Source: an uncultured Collinsella sp. (GTDB lineage: Bacteria; Actinomycetota; Coriobacteriia; Coriobacteriales; Coriobacteriaceae). From it: a stretch of 64,000 bases of DNA. The DNA lies in assembly GCA_947002045.1 (NCBI GenBank), contig CAMQJB010000003.1:6445-70444 (forward strand), written 5' to 3'. Position 1 is the stretch's first letter; each line of letters begins with the position of its first letter. Position numbers and translations under genes: made by a program. Below, piece by piece: positions 1-10,153 of the stretch. The notes under the pieces are model-generated. The model saw only the letters and a program-made list of their open reading frames with translations, was not told where the DNA came from and did no database searches.

Positions 1-186
1 GTGAACGTGCATATCCACCAGGCCGGGAACGAGGTACTTGCCGGAAAGGTCGCGGACCTCGGCTCCCTCGACGGCGAGATTCTCGCCGACCTCGGCGATC
101 TTGTCGCCGTCAATCAGGACGTCAACGACACCGTCAAGCTCGACGGACGGGTCGACGACGTGGGCATTCTTAAGAAGCAAGGCCAT
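1..186 (-). CDS. pyrC: Dihydroorotase, 5' part (runs off the window edge)
   Basis: Manual translation from ATG at 186: MALLLKNAHVVDPSVELDGVVDVLIDGDKIAEVG...GKYLVPGLVDMHVH (amidohydrolase HxH motif). Overlaps the pyrB stop. Confidence 0.9.
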   Translation of the reverse strand, partial: MALLLKNAHVVDPSVELDGVVDVLIDGDKIAEVGENLAVEGAEVRDLSGKYLVPGLVDMHVH

Positions 187-1114
187 TATCGGCACCTCCA
201 AGCAGCAGATACAGGATAGCCATACGCACGCAGATACCAGCGTAGACCTGCTCCAGGATGACGGAGCGTTGCGGGTGGTCGGCCATATAGGAGTCGAACT
301 CGACGCCGCGGTTGATGGGGCCCGGGTGGCAGATGATCGCATCGGGCTTCATGAGCTTCTCGCGGTCCTTGGTCAGGCCGAAGAGCTTGTGGTACTCGCG
401 AATGGTCGGGAACGGGGCACCCTCGAGGCGCTCCTGCTGCACGCGCAGCATGTAGACGACGTCCAGCTCGGGAAGGACGGAATCGAGGTCGCTCGTCACG
501 TGGTCGCAGCCCAGGACCTCGGGCGCCGGCGGCAGCAGCGTGCCGGGGGCGACGGCGTAGGTCTCGCAGCCCATGATCTTAAGGGCGGGGATCAGCGAGC
601 CGCAAACGCGGGAGTGGGCGATATCGCCGACGACGGCGACCTTCAGACCGTGGAAGTCACCCTTGTGCTCCCAGATGGTGTACAGGTCGAGCAGGGCCTG
701 CGTGGGATGGTTGTGCTTGCCGTCGCCGGCGCAGATGACGCTCGCGGGCGAGTTCTGCGTGACGACGTAGGGAGCACCGGCGTGCTTATCTCGCACGACG
801 ATGCAGTCGATCTTATAGGCGTTGAGGGTCTCGACGGTGTCGACGAGGCTCTCGCCCTTGACCGTGGAGGTCGAGGAGCCGCCAAAGTTGAGGCTGTCGG
901 CCGAAAGACGCTTCTCGGCGAGCTCGAAGGAGCTGCGGGTGCGCGTCGAGGGCTCGTTGAACATGTTGACGATGGTCTTGCCCTTGAGCGTGGGGACCTT
1001 CTTGATCGCACGCTCGTTGACCTCGGAGAACGCCTTGGCGGTCTCGAGGATGAGCTTGATGTCCTCTTCGGAGTACTCGGTAATGTCGATCAGGTGCTTA
1101 TGGTTGAACGCCAC
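170..1114 (-). CDS. pyrB: Aspartate carbamoyltransferase catalytic subunit
   Basis: Motifs STRTRSSFE, HNHPTQALLD and HPGPINRGVE. GTG at 1114 follows a GGAGGTGA RBS (ORF track start 1126). Confidence 0.96.
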   Translation of the reverse strand: MAFNHKHLIDITEYSEEDIKLILETAKAFSEVNERAIKKVPTLKGKTIVNMFNEPSTRTRSSFELAEKRLSADSLNFGGSSTSTVKGESLVDTVETLNAYKIDCIVVRDKHAGAPYVVTQNSPASVICAGDGKHNHPTQALLDLYTIWEHKGDFHGLKVAVVGDIAHSRVCGSLIPALKIMGCETYAVAPGTLLPPAPEVLGCDHVTSDLDSVLPELDVVYMLRVQQERLEGAPFPTIREYHKLFGLTKDREKLMKPDAIICHPGPINRGVEFDSYMADHPQRSVILEQVYAGICVRMAILYLLLGGADNGLAS

Positions 1115-1118
1115 GGTA

Positions 1119-1715
<597 letters not shown>

Positions 1716-1741
1716 TCACATGTCTTGACTGCTGACACAGT

Positions 1742-1852
1742 CAAAAAAATAGATGCCCGACCGCTCAAAGCGGACCAGACACCCACAGGAAAGGCTGCTC
1801 TTAGGCAGCTATGTAATTCCATGTGGGTATCTCGTACCCCTTTAATGGTCAA
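1742..1852 (-). promoter_or_regulatory. Putative pyr leader attenuator (anti-antiterminator / antiterminator / terminator)
   Basis: Minus strand shows hairpin GGGTA-CGAGA-TACCC, an alternative pairing ACCCACA/TGTGGGT, and a GC hairpin (1752-1783) followed by a 7-T run just before the pyrR RBS. TACACT -10 at 1863-1858. Confidence 0.65.
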
Positions 1853-2152
1853 GGGATAGTGTAGCCAACCTCGAACTTAATTGCGAGCATAAATACAGAG
1901 CAATCCGTAAACGGAGCCCAATGCTCAATAAACCTATATATTTGTGGGACGAGCTTGAAAACGCACGCACGAGCTGGCATAATCCCCTCTGCTGCACGCA
2001 AATCGGATCTACGTCCAGGGCCGTGGCGTGGGCACTATCGCCAAAAGAGAAATATCTCTGTGTAGATTACGCACAGGGAGCTGCTTCTGTGCTATAGTTC
2101 AGGCTTGTTTGTTAACGCGACATGTTCGTTTGTCGCCCAAGGAGGGTCAGTT

Positions 2153-2341
2153 ATGTCCAAAGTTTGCGAAGTTTGCGGTAAGCACCCCGTTGCCGGTCGC
2201 TCCATCAGCCACTCTCACCGCGTCACCAACCGTAAGTTCCGCCCCAACATCCAGCGCGTCTACGTCGTCGTCGATGGTCACCGTCGCAAGATGAACGTTT
2301 GCTCCACCTGCCTCAAGTCCGGCAAGGTTGCGCGCTCCTAA
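2153..2341 (+). CDS. rpmB: 50S ribosomal protein L28 (zinc-binding CxxC form)
   Basis: MSKVCEVCGKHP...TNRKFRPNIQ...VCSTCLKSGKV; AAGGAGG RBS. Confidence 0.96.
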   Translation: MSKVCEVCGKHPVAGRSISHSHRVTNRKFRPNIQRVYVVVDGHRRKMNVCSTCLKSGKVARS

Positions 2342-2409
2342 ATAAGGTCTTACCAACAAGTACCTCGGACTCTCCGGGTCAAAGACCTCGCGTTCACATA
2401 GAACTTACC

Positions 2410-2442
2410 AAAGGCGCCCTCCCCTACGGAGGGCGCCTTTTT
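2410..2442 (+). terminator. Intrinsic terminator, probably bidirectional, after rpmB
   Basis: AAAGGCGCCCTC-7 nt-GAGGGCGCCTTTTT. Confidence 0.85.
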
Positions 2443-2456
2443 GTACTCATTGGGCA

Positions 2457-2507
2457 CTCATTGGGGACAGACTTAGATGAGTGTTTTCACGCATTGGGGA
2501 CAGACAT
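2457..2507 (+). repeat. Left REP-like inverted repeat of the RAYT cassette (two tandem CATTGGGGACAGAC units)
   Basis: CTCATTGGGGACAGACTTAGATGAGTGTTTTCACGCATTGGGGACAGACAT; internal palindrome CACTCAT...ATGAGTG. Confidence 0.85.
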
Positions 2508-2548
2508 GACACGCGCATGCGGCGTCCCGATCGGCTCCGGCCCCTATC

Positions 2549-3325
2549 TCACACAGTCTCCTTCCAGCCTGCAGTGGCCTTGGTCACGCTTGTGGCGCCA
2601 ATACCGGTGACACGGGCGATTTGCTTGACCGTGAGATGCGCCCGCCTAAGCCTCAGCAGGCAGGCATCACGTTCGGGGCGCGGAAGGGCCTTGAGCAGCG
2701 CGGGATCTATGCTCGGCAGGGCTTCGTGCGCGACGGCAAGGGCATCCTCATCGGGGATCCGCCGGCGTGGAAGAACCTCCACTGACCAGATGCGACCGGC
2801 AACTTCCTTGAGATGCTCGCAATAGCAACGGGAGCCTCCGACAATATCGAGCATAGGGGCCGCATCACAGATGCCAAAGGGATCATAGCCCAGCTGATAT
2901 GCCTTGCAGCTTGACCAGCGGTACGCCTCGAGCGAGTCGAGCGCACCTTTCACGGGATTGAGATGAATATAGTCGAGCAGCTGCACCGCCTGCGTATCCG
3001 ACTCAACCGCGACCCGCGAATAGCGATTATCAAACAGATGCCCCGTTCTTCCCGTTTTCCCATTAAAATACTTAGCATACGCCGTCAATGCACACTGCAT
3101 CGCCTTTGAAAGATTGTCAAATGGATCATCAACCATTAAATGGAAGTGATTGTCCATAAGACACCAAGCCAACACCGCCACTTCATGGCGTACAAACCTG
3201 TCCGAGATATCCGATAAGAAACGATAGCGGTCGGAGTCATCTTCAAAAATAATCTGTTTGGAGTTGCCACGGTCATAGACGTGGTAATAGCCGGTGAGCG
3301 AAACGGCGCGGGCGCATCGGGGCAT
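2549..3325 (-). CDS. REP-associated tyrosine transposase (Y1_Tnp/HUH family) with C-terminal HTH-like extension
   Basis: YYHVYDRGN, WCLMDNHFHL (HUH), GHLFDNRY, YIHLNPVK (catalytic Tyr) and YRWSS are RAYT-type motifs. ATG at 3325 follows AAAGGAGAG. Confidence 0.9.
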   Translation of the reverse strand: MPRCARAVSLTGYYHVYDRGNSKQIIFEDDSDRYRFLSDISDRFVRHEVAVLAWCLMDNHFHLMVDDPFDNLSKAMQCALTAYAKYFNGKTGRTGHLFDNRYSRVAVESDTQAVQLLDYIHLNPVKGALDSLEAYRWSSCKAYQLGYDPFGICDAAPMLDIVGGSRCYCEHLKEVAGRIWSVEVLPRRRIPDEDALAVAHEALPSIDPALLKALPRPERDACLLRLRRAHLTVKQIARVTGIGATSVTKATAGWKETV

Positions 3326-3453
3326 AATCTCTCCTTTCAAAACCGTACAGGCAACACCTAAAAGGAGAGAAGCAACGCGAAATGCTGAGCCTGTAACCTA
3401 TTTATATCCAACGAACGGCAATAACAGGCCCAGAACGGCAAAATGGCAAATCG

Positions 3454-3504
3454 ATGTCTGTCCCAAATGAGTGAAAGCACTCATGTAAGCCTGTCCCCAA
3501 TGAG
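3454..3504 (-). repeat. Right REP-like inverted repeat of the RAYT cassette
   Basis: ATGTCTGTCCCAAATGAGTGAAAGCACTCATGTAAGCCTGTCCCCAATGAG is the reverse complement of 2457-2507 with 5 mismatches. Confidence 0.85.
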
Positions 3505-3533
3505 CGGGGCGATGCACTGGCAGATAGTTTGGT

Positions 3534-3563
3534 TAAAACGCTTCAGTTTATTGAAGCGTTTTA
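3534..3563. promoter_or_regulatory. Perfect 12-bp inverted repeat upstream of adhE, candidate operator
   Basis: TAAAACGCTTCA-GTTTAT-TGAAGCGTTTTA; each half resembles a LacI-type AANCGNTT core. Extended -10 TGCTATCAT at 3607-3615. Confidence 0.5.
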
Positions 3564-3655
3564 GTGTGCCTTTTACAGGAATCTTACCGTTCGCCGAATA
3601 ATTTCTTGCTATCATGCAAGGCGTAGGGTAAATCTCCGATCGCAAGGAGACACAA

Positions 3656-6304
3656 ATGGTGAAAAAGTCACCGGAAAACACTACTCCCGCAATTGTGGAC
3701 AACGTAGAGGCGCTTGAGGCCAAGCTCGCTCAGATGCGAGAGGCCCAGGCGCTTTTTGCTACGTACACGCAGGAGCAGGTCGACAAGATCTTCTATGAGG
3801 CCGCCATGGCCGCCAACAAGGCTCGTATCCCGTTGGCGAAGATGGCCATCGAGGAGACCGGCCGCGGCGTTCTTGAGGACAAGGTCATCAAGAACCACTA
3901 CGCCGCAGAGTACATCTACAACGCTTACAAGAACACCAAGACCTGTGGTGTCCTGGAGCGCGACGAGGCTTACGGCATCACCAAGATCGCCGAGCCCATC
4001 GGCATCGTGGGCGCCGTCATCCCGACGACCAACCCCACCTCCACCGCGATCTTCAAGACGCTGATCTGCCTGAAGACCCGCAACGCCATCATCATCTCCC
4101 CGCACCCGGCTGCCGCCAAGTGCACCATCGCCGCCGCCAAGCTCGTGCTTGACGCCGCCGTCAAGGCCGGCGCCCCCGAGGGCATCATCGGCTGGGTCGA
4201 TGTCCCCTCCATCGAGCTGACTAACATGGTCATGCGCGACGTCGACATCATCCTCGCCACCGGTGGCCCGGGCATGGTCAAGGCCGCTTACTCCTCGGGC
4301 AAGCCCGCCCTGGGCGTTGGCGCCGGTAACACCCCGGTCGTCATCGACGACACCGCCGACGTGCTGCTCGCCGTCAACTCCATCATCCACTCCAAGACCT
4401 TCGACAACGGCATGATCTGCGCTTCCGAGCAGTCCGTGACCGTAATCGACAGCATCTATGACCAGGTCAAGGCCGAGTTCCAGAAGCGCGGTTGCTACTT
4501 CGTCAAGCAGGGTGCCGAGATGGAGACCCTGCGTGCTGCCATGTTCAAGAACGGCGCCCTCGATCACCGCATCCCCGGCATGGCTGCCGCCAAGATCGCC
4601 GAGCTCGCCGGCATCGAGGTTCCCGCCAAGACCAAGATCCTGATCGCCGAGGTCACCTCCACCGACCCCGCCAAGGAGGAGTTCTCCCACGAGAAGCTCT
4701 CCCCGGTCCTGGCCATGTACCACGCCAAGGACTTCCAGGAGGCCGTCGACAAGGCCGAGCACCTGGTGCTCGCCGGTGGCCCGGGCCACACCGCCTCTCT
4801 GTACGTGCACCCCGCCCAGGCCGAGAAGATCAGCCTGTTCGAGCACGTCATGAAGGCCTGCCGTATCGTCATCAACACCCCGTCCTCGCACGGCGGCATC
4901 GGTGACCTGTACAACTTTGGCATGAAGCCGTCTCTGACCCTGGGCTGCGGCTCCTGGGGCGGCAACTCCGTCTCCGAGAACGTTGGGGTGAAGCACTTGA
5001 TCAACGTTAAGACTGTGGCCGAGCGCCGTGAGAACATGCTGTGGTTCCGCGCTCCCGAGAAGGTCTACTTCAAGAAGGGTTCCACGCCCGTCGCCCTCGA
5101 CGAGCTCGGTACCGTCATGGGCAAGAAGCGCGCCTTCATCGTCACCGACCAGTTCCTCTTCAAGAATGGCAACACCCGCGCCATCGAGGCCAAGCTCGAC
5201 GAGATGGGCATCGCCCACGACTGCTTCTATGACGTCGAGCCCGATCCGTCGCTGCAGTGCGCACGTCGCGGCGCCAAGCAGATGGCCCTCTTTGAGCCGG
5301 ACGTCATCATCGCCGTCGGCGGTGGCTCCGCTATGGACGCCGGTAAGATCATGTGGATGATGTACGAGCACCCCGAGTGCAAGTTTGAGGACATGGCCAT
5401 GGACTTCATGGACATCCGCAAGCGTATCTTCACCTTCCCCGAGATGGGCAAGAAGGCCTACTTCGTCGCCGTCCCGACCTCTTCGGGTACCGGCTCCGAG
5501 TGCACGCCGTTCGCCATCATCACCGACAAGGAGACCGGCATCAAGTGGCCGCTCGCCGACTACGCGCTGCTCCCCAACATGGCTATCGTCGACGCCGACA
5601 ACTGCATGACCGCCCCGCGCGGCCTGACCGCTGCCTCCGGCATCGATGTCATGACCCACGCCATCGAGTCCTACGTCTCCATCATGGCTTCCGACTACAC
5701 TAAGGGCCTCTCCGAGCGCGCTGCTAAGCTCGTCTTCGAGAACCTGCCCTCCAGCTTCACGAACGGTGCCAAGGACCCGCATGCCCGCGAGGAGATGCAC
5801 AACGCCTCCTGCATGGCCGGTATGGCCTTCGCCAACGCCTTCCTGGGCCTCAACCACTCCATGGCCCACAAGCTCGGCGCTTTCCATCACCTGCCCCACG
5901 GCCTCGCAAACGCCGTCATCCTGACCCGCGTTATGCGCTACAACGCCGCCGAGGCTCCCGTCAAGATGGGTACCTTCTCCCAGTATCCTTACCCCAACGC
6001 GCTGCACAACTACGCCGAGATGGCCAAGTACTGCGGCATCGAGGGCAAGGACGACAAGGAGGTCTTCGAGAACTTCATCACGAAGCTCGAGGAGCTCAAG
6101 GACTTCATCGGTGTCAAGAAGACCATCGCCGACTACGGTGTTGACGAGCAGTACTTCCTCGACACCCTCGACGAGATGACCGAGCAGGCATTCAACGACC
6201 AGTGCACCGGCGCTAACCCGCGCTACCCGCTCATGAGCGAGATCAAGGAGCTCTACCTGGACGCCTACTACGGCCGCGAGCCCCAGGACTACGCCGTCTG
6301 CTAG
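3656..6304 (+). CDS. adhE: Bifunctional acetaldehyde-CoA/alcohol dehydrogenase
   Basis: 882 aa. ALDH half (PTTNPTST, ICASEQ) plus Fe-ADH half (GGGSAMDAGK, HSMAHKLG, HGLANA); linker GCGSWGGNS. Confidence 0.97.
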   Translation: MVKKSPENTTPAIVDNVEALEAKLAQMREAQALFATYTQEQVDKIFYEAAMAANKARIPLAKMAIEETGRGVLEDKVIKNHYAAEYIYNAYKNTKTCGVLERDEAYGITKIAEPIGIVGAVIPTTNPTSTAIFKTLICLKTRNAIIISPHPAAAKCTIAAAKLVLDAAVKAGAPEGIIGWVDVPSIELTNMVMRDVDIILATGGPGMVKAAYSSGKPALGVGAGNTPVVIDDTADVLLAVNSIIHSKTFDNGMICASEQSVTVIDSIYDQVKAEFQKRGCYFVKQGAEMETLRAAMFKNGALDHRIPGMAAAKIAELAGIEVPAKTKILIAEVTSTDPAKEEFSHEKLSPVLAMYHAKDFQEAVDKAEHLVLAGGPGHTASLYVHPAQAEKISLFEHVMKACRIVINTPSSHGGIGDLYNFGMKPSLTLGCGSWGGNSVSENVGVKHLINVKTVAERRENMLWFRAPEKVYFKKGSTPVALDELGTVMGKKRAFIVTDQFLFKNGNTRAIEAKLDEMGIAHDCFYDVEPDPSLQCARRGAKQMALFEPDVIIAVGGGSAMDAGKIMWMMYEHPECKFEDMAMDFMDIRKRIFTFPEMGKKAYFVAVPTSSGTGSECTPFAIITDKETGIKWPLADYALLPNMAIVDADNCMTAPRGLTAASGIDVMTHAIESYVSIMASDYTKGLSERAAKLVFENLPSSFTNGAKDPHAREEMHNASCMAGMAFANAFLGLNHSMAHKLGAFHHLPHGLANAVILTRVMRYNAAEAPVKMGTFSQYPYPNALHNYAEMAKYCGIEGKDDKEVFENFITKLEELKDFIGVKKTIADYGVDEQYFLDTLDEMTEQAFNDQCTGANPRYPLMSEIKELYLDAYYGREPQDYAVC

Positions 6305-6392
6305 TTTTTAGCACGGTTATTTGCGGCGGGGGTGCACGGGTGTACGCACGCCCCCGCCGTTGCTTCTATCGCATCGTTGAAAGGATGCAATC

Positions 6393-7157
6393 ATGCTGCT
6401 CCCCGATTCCAAGACCGAGCTCGTCCGTCGCGGCAACAAGGTCGTTTACGACCTGGGCGACAAGATCGTCAAGGTCTTTAACGAGACCAAGCCCGTCTCC
6501 GACGTGTTCAACGAGGCTTTGAATCTTGCCCGCATCAATGAGTGCGGCATCCGCAGCCCCAAGGCTCTCGAGGTTTCCCAGCTCGAGAACGCCAACGGCT
6601 GGGCTCTCGTGACCGAGAAGGTTCCGGGCACCACCCTTGCCGAGAAGATGACTGCCGAGCCCCAGCGCTTTGGTGAGTACCTCGAGATGTTCGTCGACCT
6701 CCAGATCGAGATCCACGGCTACACCTCCCCGCTGCTCAACCGTCAGCGCGATAAGTTCGCCCGCATGATCGACAGCCTCGATCAGCTCAATGCCACCACG
6801 CGCTACAACCTTCAGGAGCGTCTGGACGGCATGACCAAGGAGTTCAAGGTCTGCCACGGCGACTTCAACCCCTCCAACGTCATCGTCGGAGACGACGGCC
6901 AGCTGTACGTCTGCGACTGGGCACATGCCACCCAGGGCTCCCCTGCTGCCGACGTTGCCACCACCTACCTGCTCTTTGCCCTCAACAGCAAGGACCAGGC
7001 TGAGGCCTACCTGGAGCTCTACTGCGACCGCGCCGACATGCCCATGCAGGTCGTGCGTCAGTGGACGAGCATCGTCGCCGCTTCCGAGCTCGCTCGTAAG
7101 CGCAACGTGAACGATGAGTTCCTTAAGAACTGGATCGACGTCGTCGATTATCAGTAG
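6393..7157 (+). CDS. Aminoglycoside-phosphotransferase/choline-kinase-like protein
   Basis: KIVKVF, CHGDFNPSN (Brenner-type catalytic motif) and VCDWAHA; GAAAGGA RBS. Confidence 0.8.
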   Translation: MLLPDSKTELVRRGNKVVYDLGDKIVKVFNETKPVSDVFNEALNLARINECGIRSPKALEVSQLENANGWALVTEKVPGTTLAEKMTAEPQRFGEYLEMFVDLQIEIHGYTSPLLNRQRDKFARMIDSLDQLNATTRYNLQERLDGMTKEFKVCHGDFNPSNVIVGDDGQLYVCDWAHATQGSPAADVATTYLLFALNSKDQAEAYLELYCDRADMPMQVVRQWTSIVAASELARKRNVNDEFLKNWIDVVDYQ

Positions 7158-7190
7158 TATCTGAGCGATTTATTTCGCATCGGAGGCACA

Positions 7191-7232
7191 AAGGAAAACC
7201 CCGCAGCTCATTTGGGCTGTGGGGTTTTCCTT
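7191..7232 (+). terminator. Intrinsic terminator after the kinase gene
   Basis: AAGGAAAACCCCGCAGCTCA-TT-TGGGCTGTGGGGTTTTCCTT. Confidence 0.8.
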
Positions 7233-7256
7233 TACCCGTCGAGCTTATTCACGCAA

Positions 7257-7302
7257 CAAAAAAGACTGCTCCGCATCTCATCCTAAGAGAGATGCGGAGC
7301 AG
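7257..7302 (-). terminator. Intrinsic terminator after proS
   Basis: Perfect 14-bp stem CTGCTCCGCATCTC/GAGATGCGGAGCAG with a T-run on the minus strand. Confidence 0.8.
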
Positions 7303-7335
7303 GCCTGCAATTACATCTACTAGCAGAAATGTCGA

Positions 7336-9057
<1,722 letters not shown>

Positions 9058-10140
9058 TTATTTCTCCTCAATAAGCTTGTCGACCTCGGCCATAAGCGCG
9101 TCGACAATTTGGTCTTCAGCTACTTTACCAATGATCTGGCCGTGCGAAAAGAGCAGGCCCTGACCTCGTCCGCAGGCAACGCCCAAGTCGGCGTCAGAGG
9201 CCTCGCCGGGGCCATTGACCGCGCATCCCATAACGGCGATCGAAAGCGGCGCGGAGTAGTTCTTAAGCCGCTCGGTGACCTCCTCGGCAATAGGAATGAG
9301 GTTGACCTGGCAGCGAGCGCACGTGGGGCACGAGACAATCTCGGGGCCGCGGCGGCGAAGACCGAGCGACTGCAGGATACCCCAGGCGACCGGCGGCTCC
9401 TCTACCGGATCGGCCGTAAGCGAGACGCGCATGGTGTCACCAATGCCCTCGGAAAGCAGAATACCCTGGCCCACAGAGCTCTTAATGGTGCCCTGGAGCT
9501 TGGTTCCGGCCTCCGTGACTCCCAAATGAAGCGGAACATGGGGGATTTCGCGCGACAGGGCTCGGTAGGTGTCAAGCGTCGTGGACACGCTATGCGCCTT
9601 GGCGGAAAGCACGATATTGGTAAAACCGCGATCCTCAAAATGTTTGACAAAGCGTTCGCTCGACATCACGAGCTTTTCGGGTTGCGTAAGGTCGTCGCGC
9701 TCGGCGATATCCTGCTCAAGCGAACCGGCATTGACGCCGATACGAATCGCGCAACCAGCGGCGCCCGCAGCATCGATCACGGCATCGACCTTAGCCCAAT
9801 CGCCGATGTTGCCAGGATTGATACGAAGCTTGGCGGCACCGGCCTCCACAGCGCCAATGGCCAGCTTGTGGTTAAAGTGGATATCGGCAACGATTGGCAC
9901 CGGAGACTCGGCACAAATCGTGCGAAAGCCCTCAAGCGCGGCCTCGGTGGGCACGCTCACGCGCACAACATCACAGCCCGCCTGGGCAAGCGCACGCACT
10001 TGCGCAAGCGTTGCCTGGGCGTCGGCGGTATCGGTGCAGGTCATGGACTGAACCACCACCGGAGCGCCGCCGCCCATCTGCACGTCGCCCACAAACACAG
10101 GGCGCGTCAGTTCGCGCGGCAAAGGATGGGACAAAGACAA
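9058..10140 (-). CDS. ispG: (E)-4-hydroxy-3-methylbut-2-enyl-diphosphate synthase
   Basis: VQSMT, RINPGNIG, IRIGVNAGSL, SCPTCARC and VMGCAVNGPGEA. Probable TTG start at 10140. Confidence 0.95.
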   Translation of the reverse strand: MSLSHPLPRELTRPVFVGDVQMGGGAPVVVQSMTCTDTADAQATLAQVRALAQAGCDVVRVSVPTEAALEGFRTICAESPVPIVADIHFNHKLAIGAVEAGAAKLRINPGNIGDWAKVDAVIDAAGAAGCAIRIGVNAGSLEQDIAERDDLTQPEKLVMSSERFVKHFEDRGFTNIVLSAKAHSVSTTLDTYRALSREIPHVPLHLGVTEAGTKLQGTIKSSVGQGILLSEGIGDTMRVSLTADPVEEPPVAWGILQSLGLRRRGPEIVSCPTCARCQVNLIPIAEEVTERLKNYSAPLSIAVMGCAVNGPGEASDADLGVACGRGQGLLFSHGQIIGKVAEDQIVDALMAEVDKLIEEK

Positions 10141-10153
10141 TCCAAACACTCCC

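Larger units (their letters stand above)
2457..3504 (-). mobile_element. RAYT (REP-associated tyrosine transposase) cassette bounded by 51-bp inverted repeats
   Basis: HUH/Y1 transposase gene between 2457-2507 and 3454-3504, which are reverse complements at 46/51 nt. Confidence 0.8.

Noticed and set aside
6393-7157. Aminoglycoside resistance gene
   Set aside because: Only generic kinase-fold motifs, host-like codon usage and no mobile context; resistance is not supported.
7205-7216. AGCTCATTTGGG in the kinase terminator equals the reverse complement of 38393-38404 in the solo repeat
   Set aside because: It lacks the GGGAC core and is explained as part of the terminator stem-loop; possibly chance.
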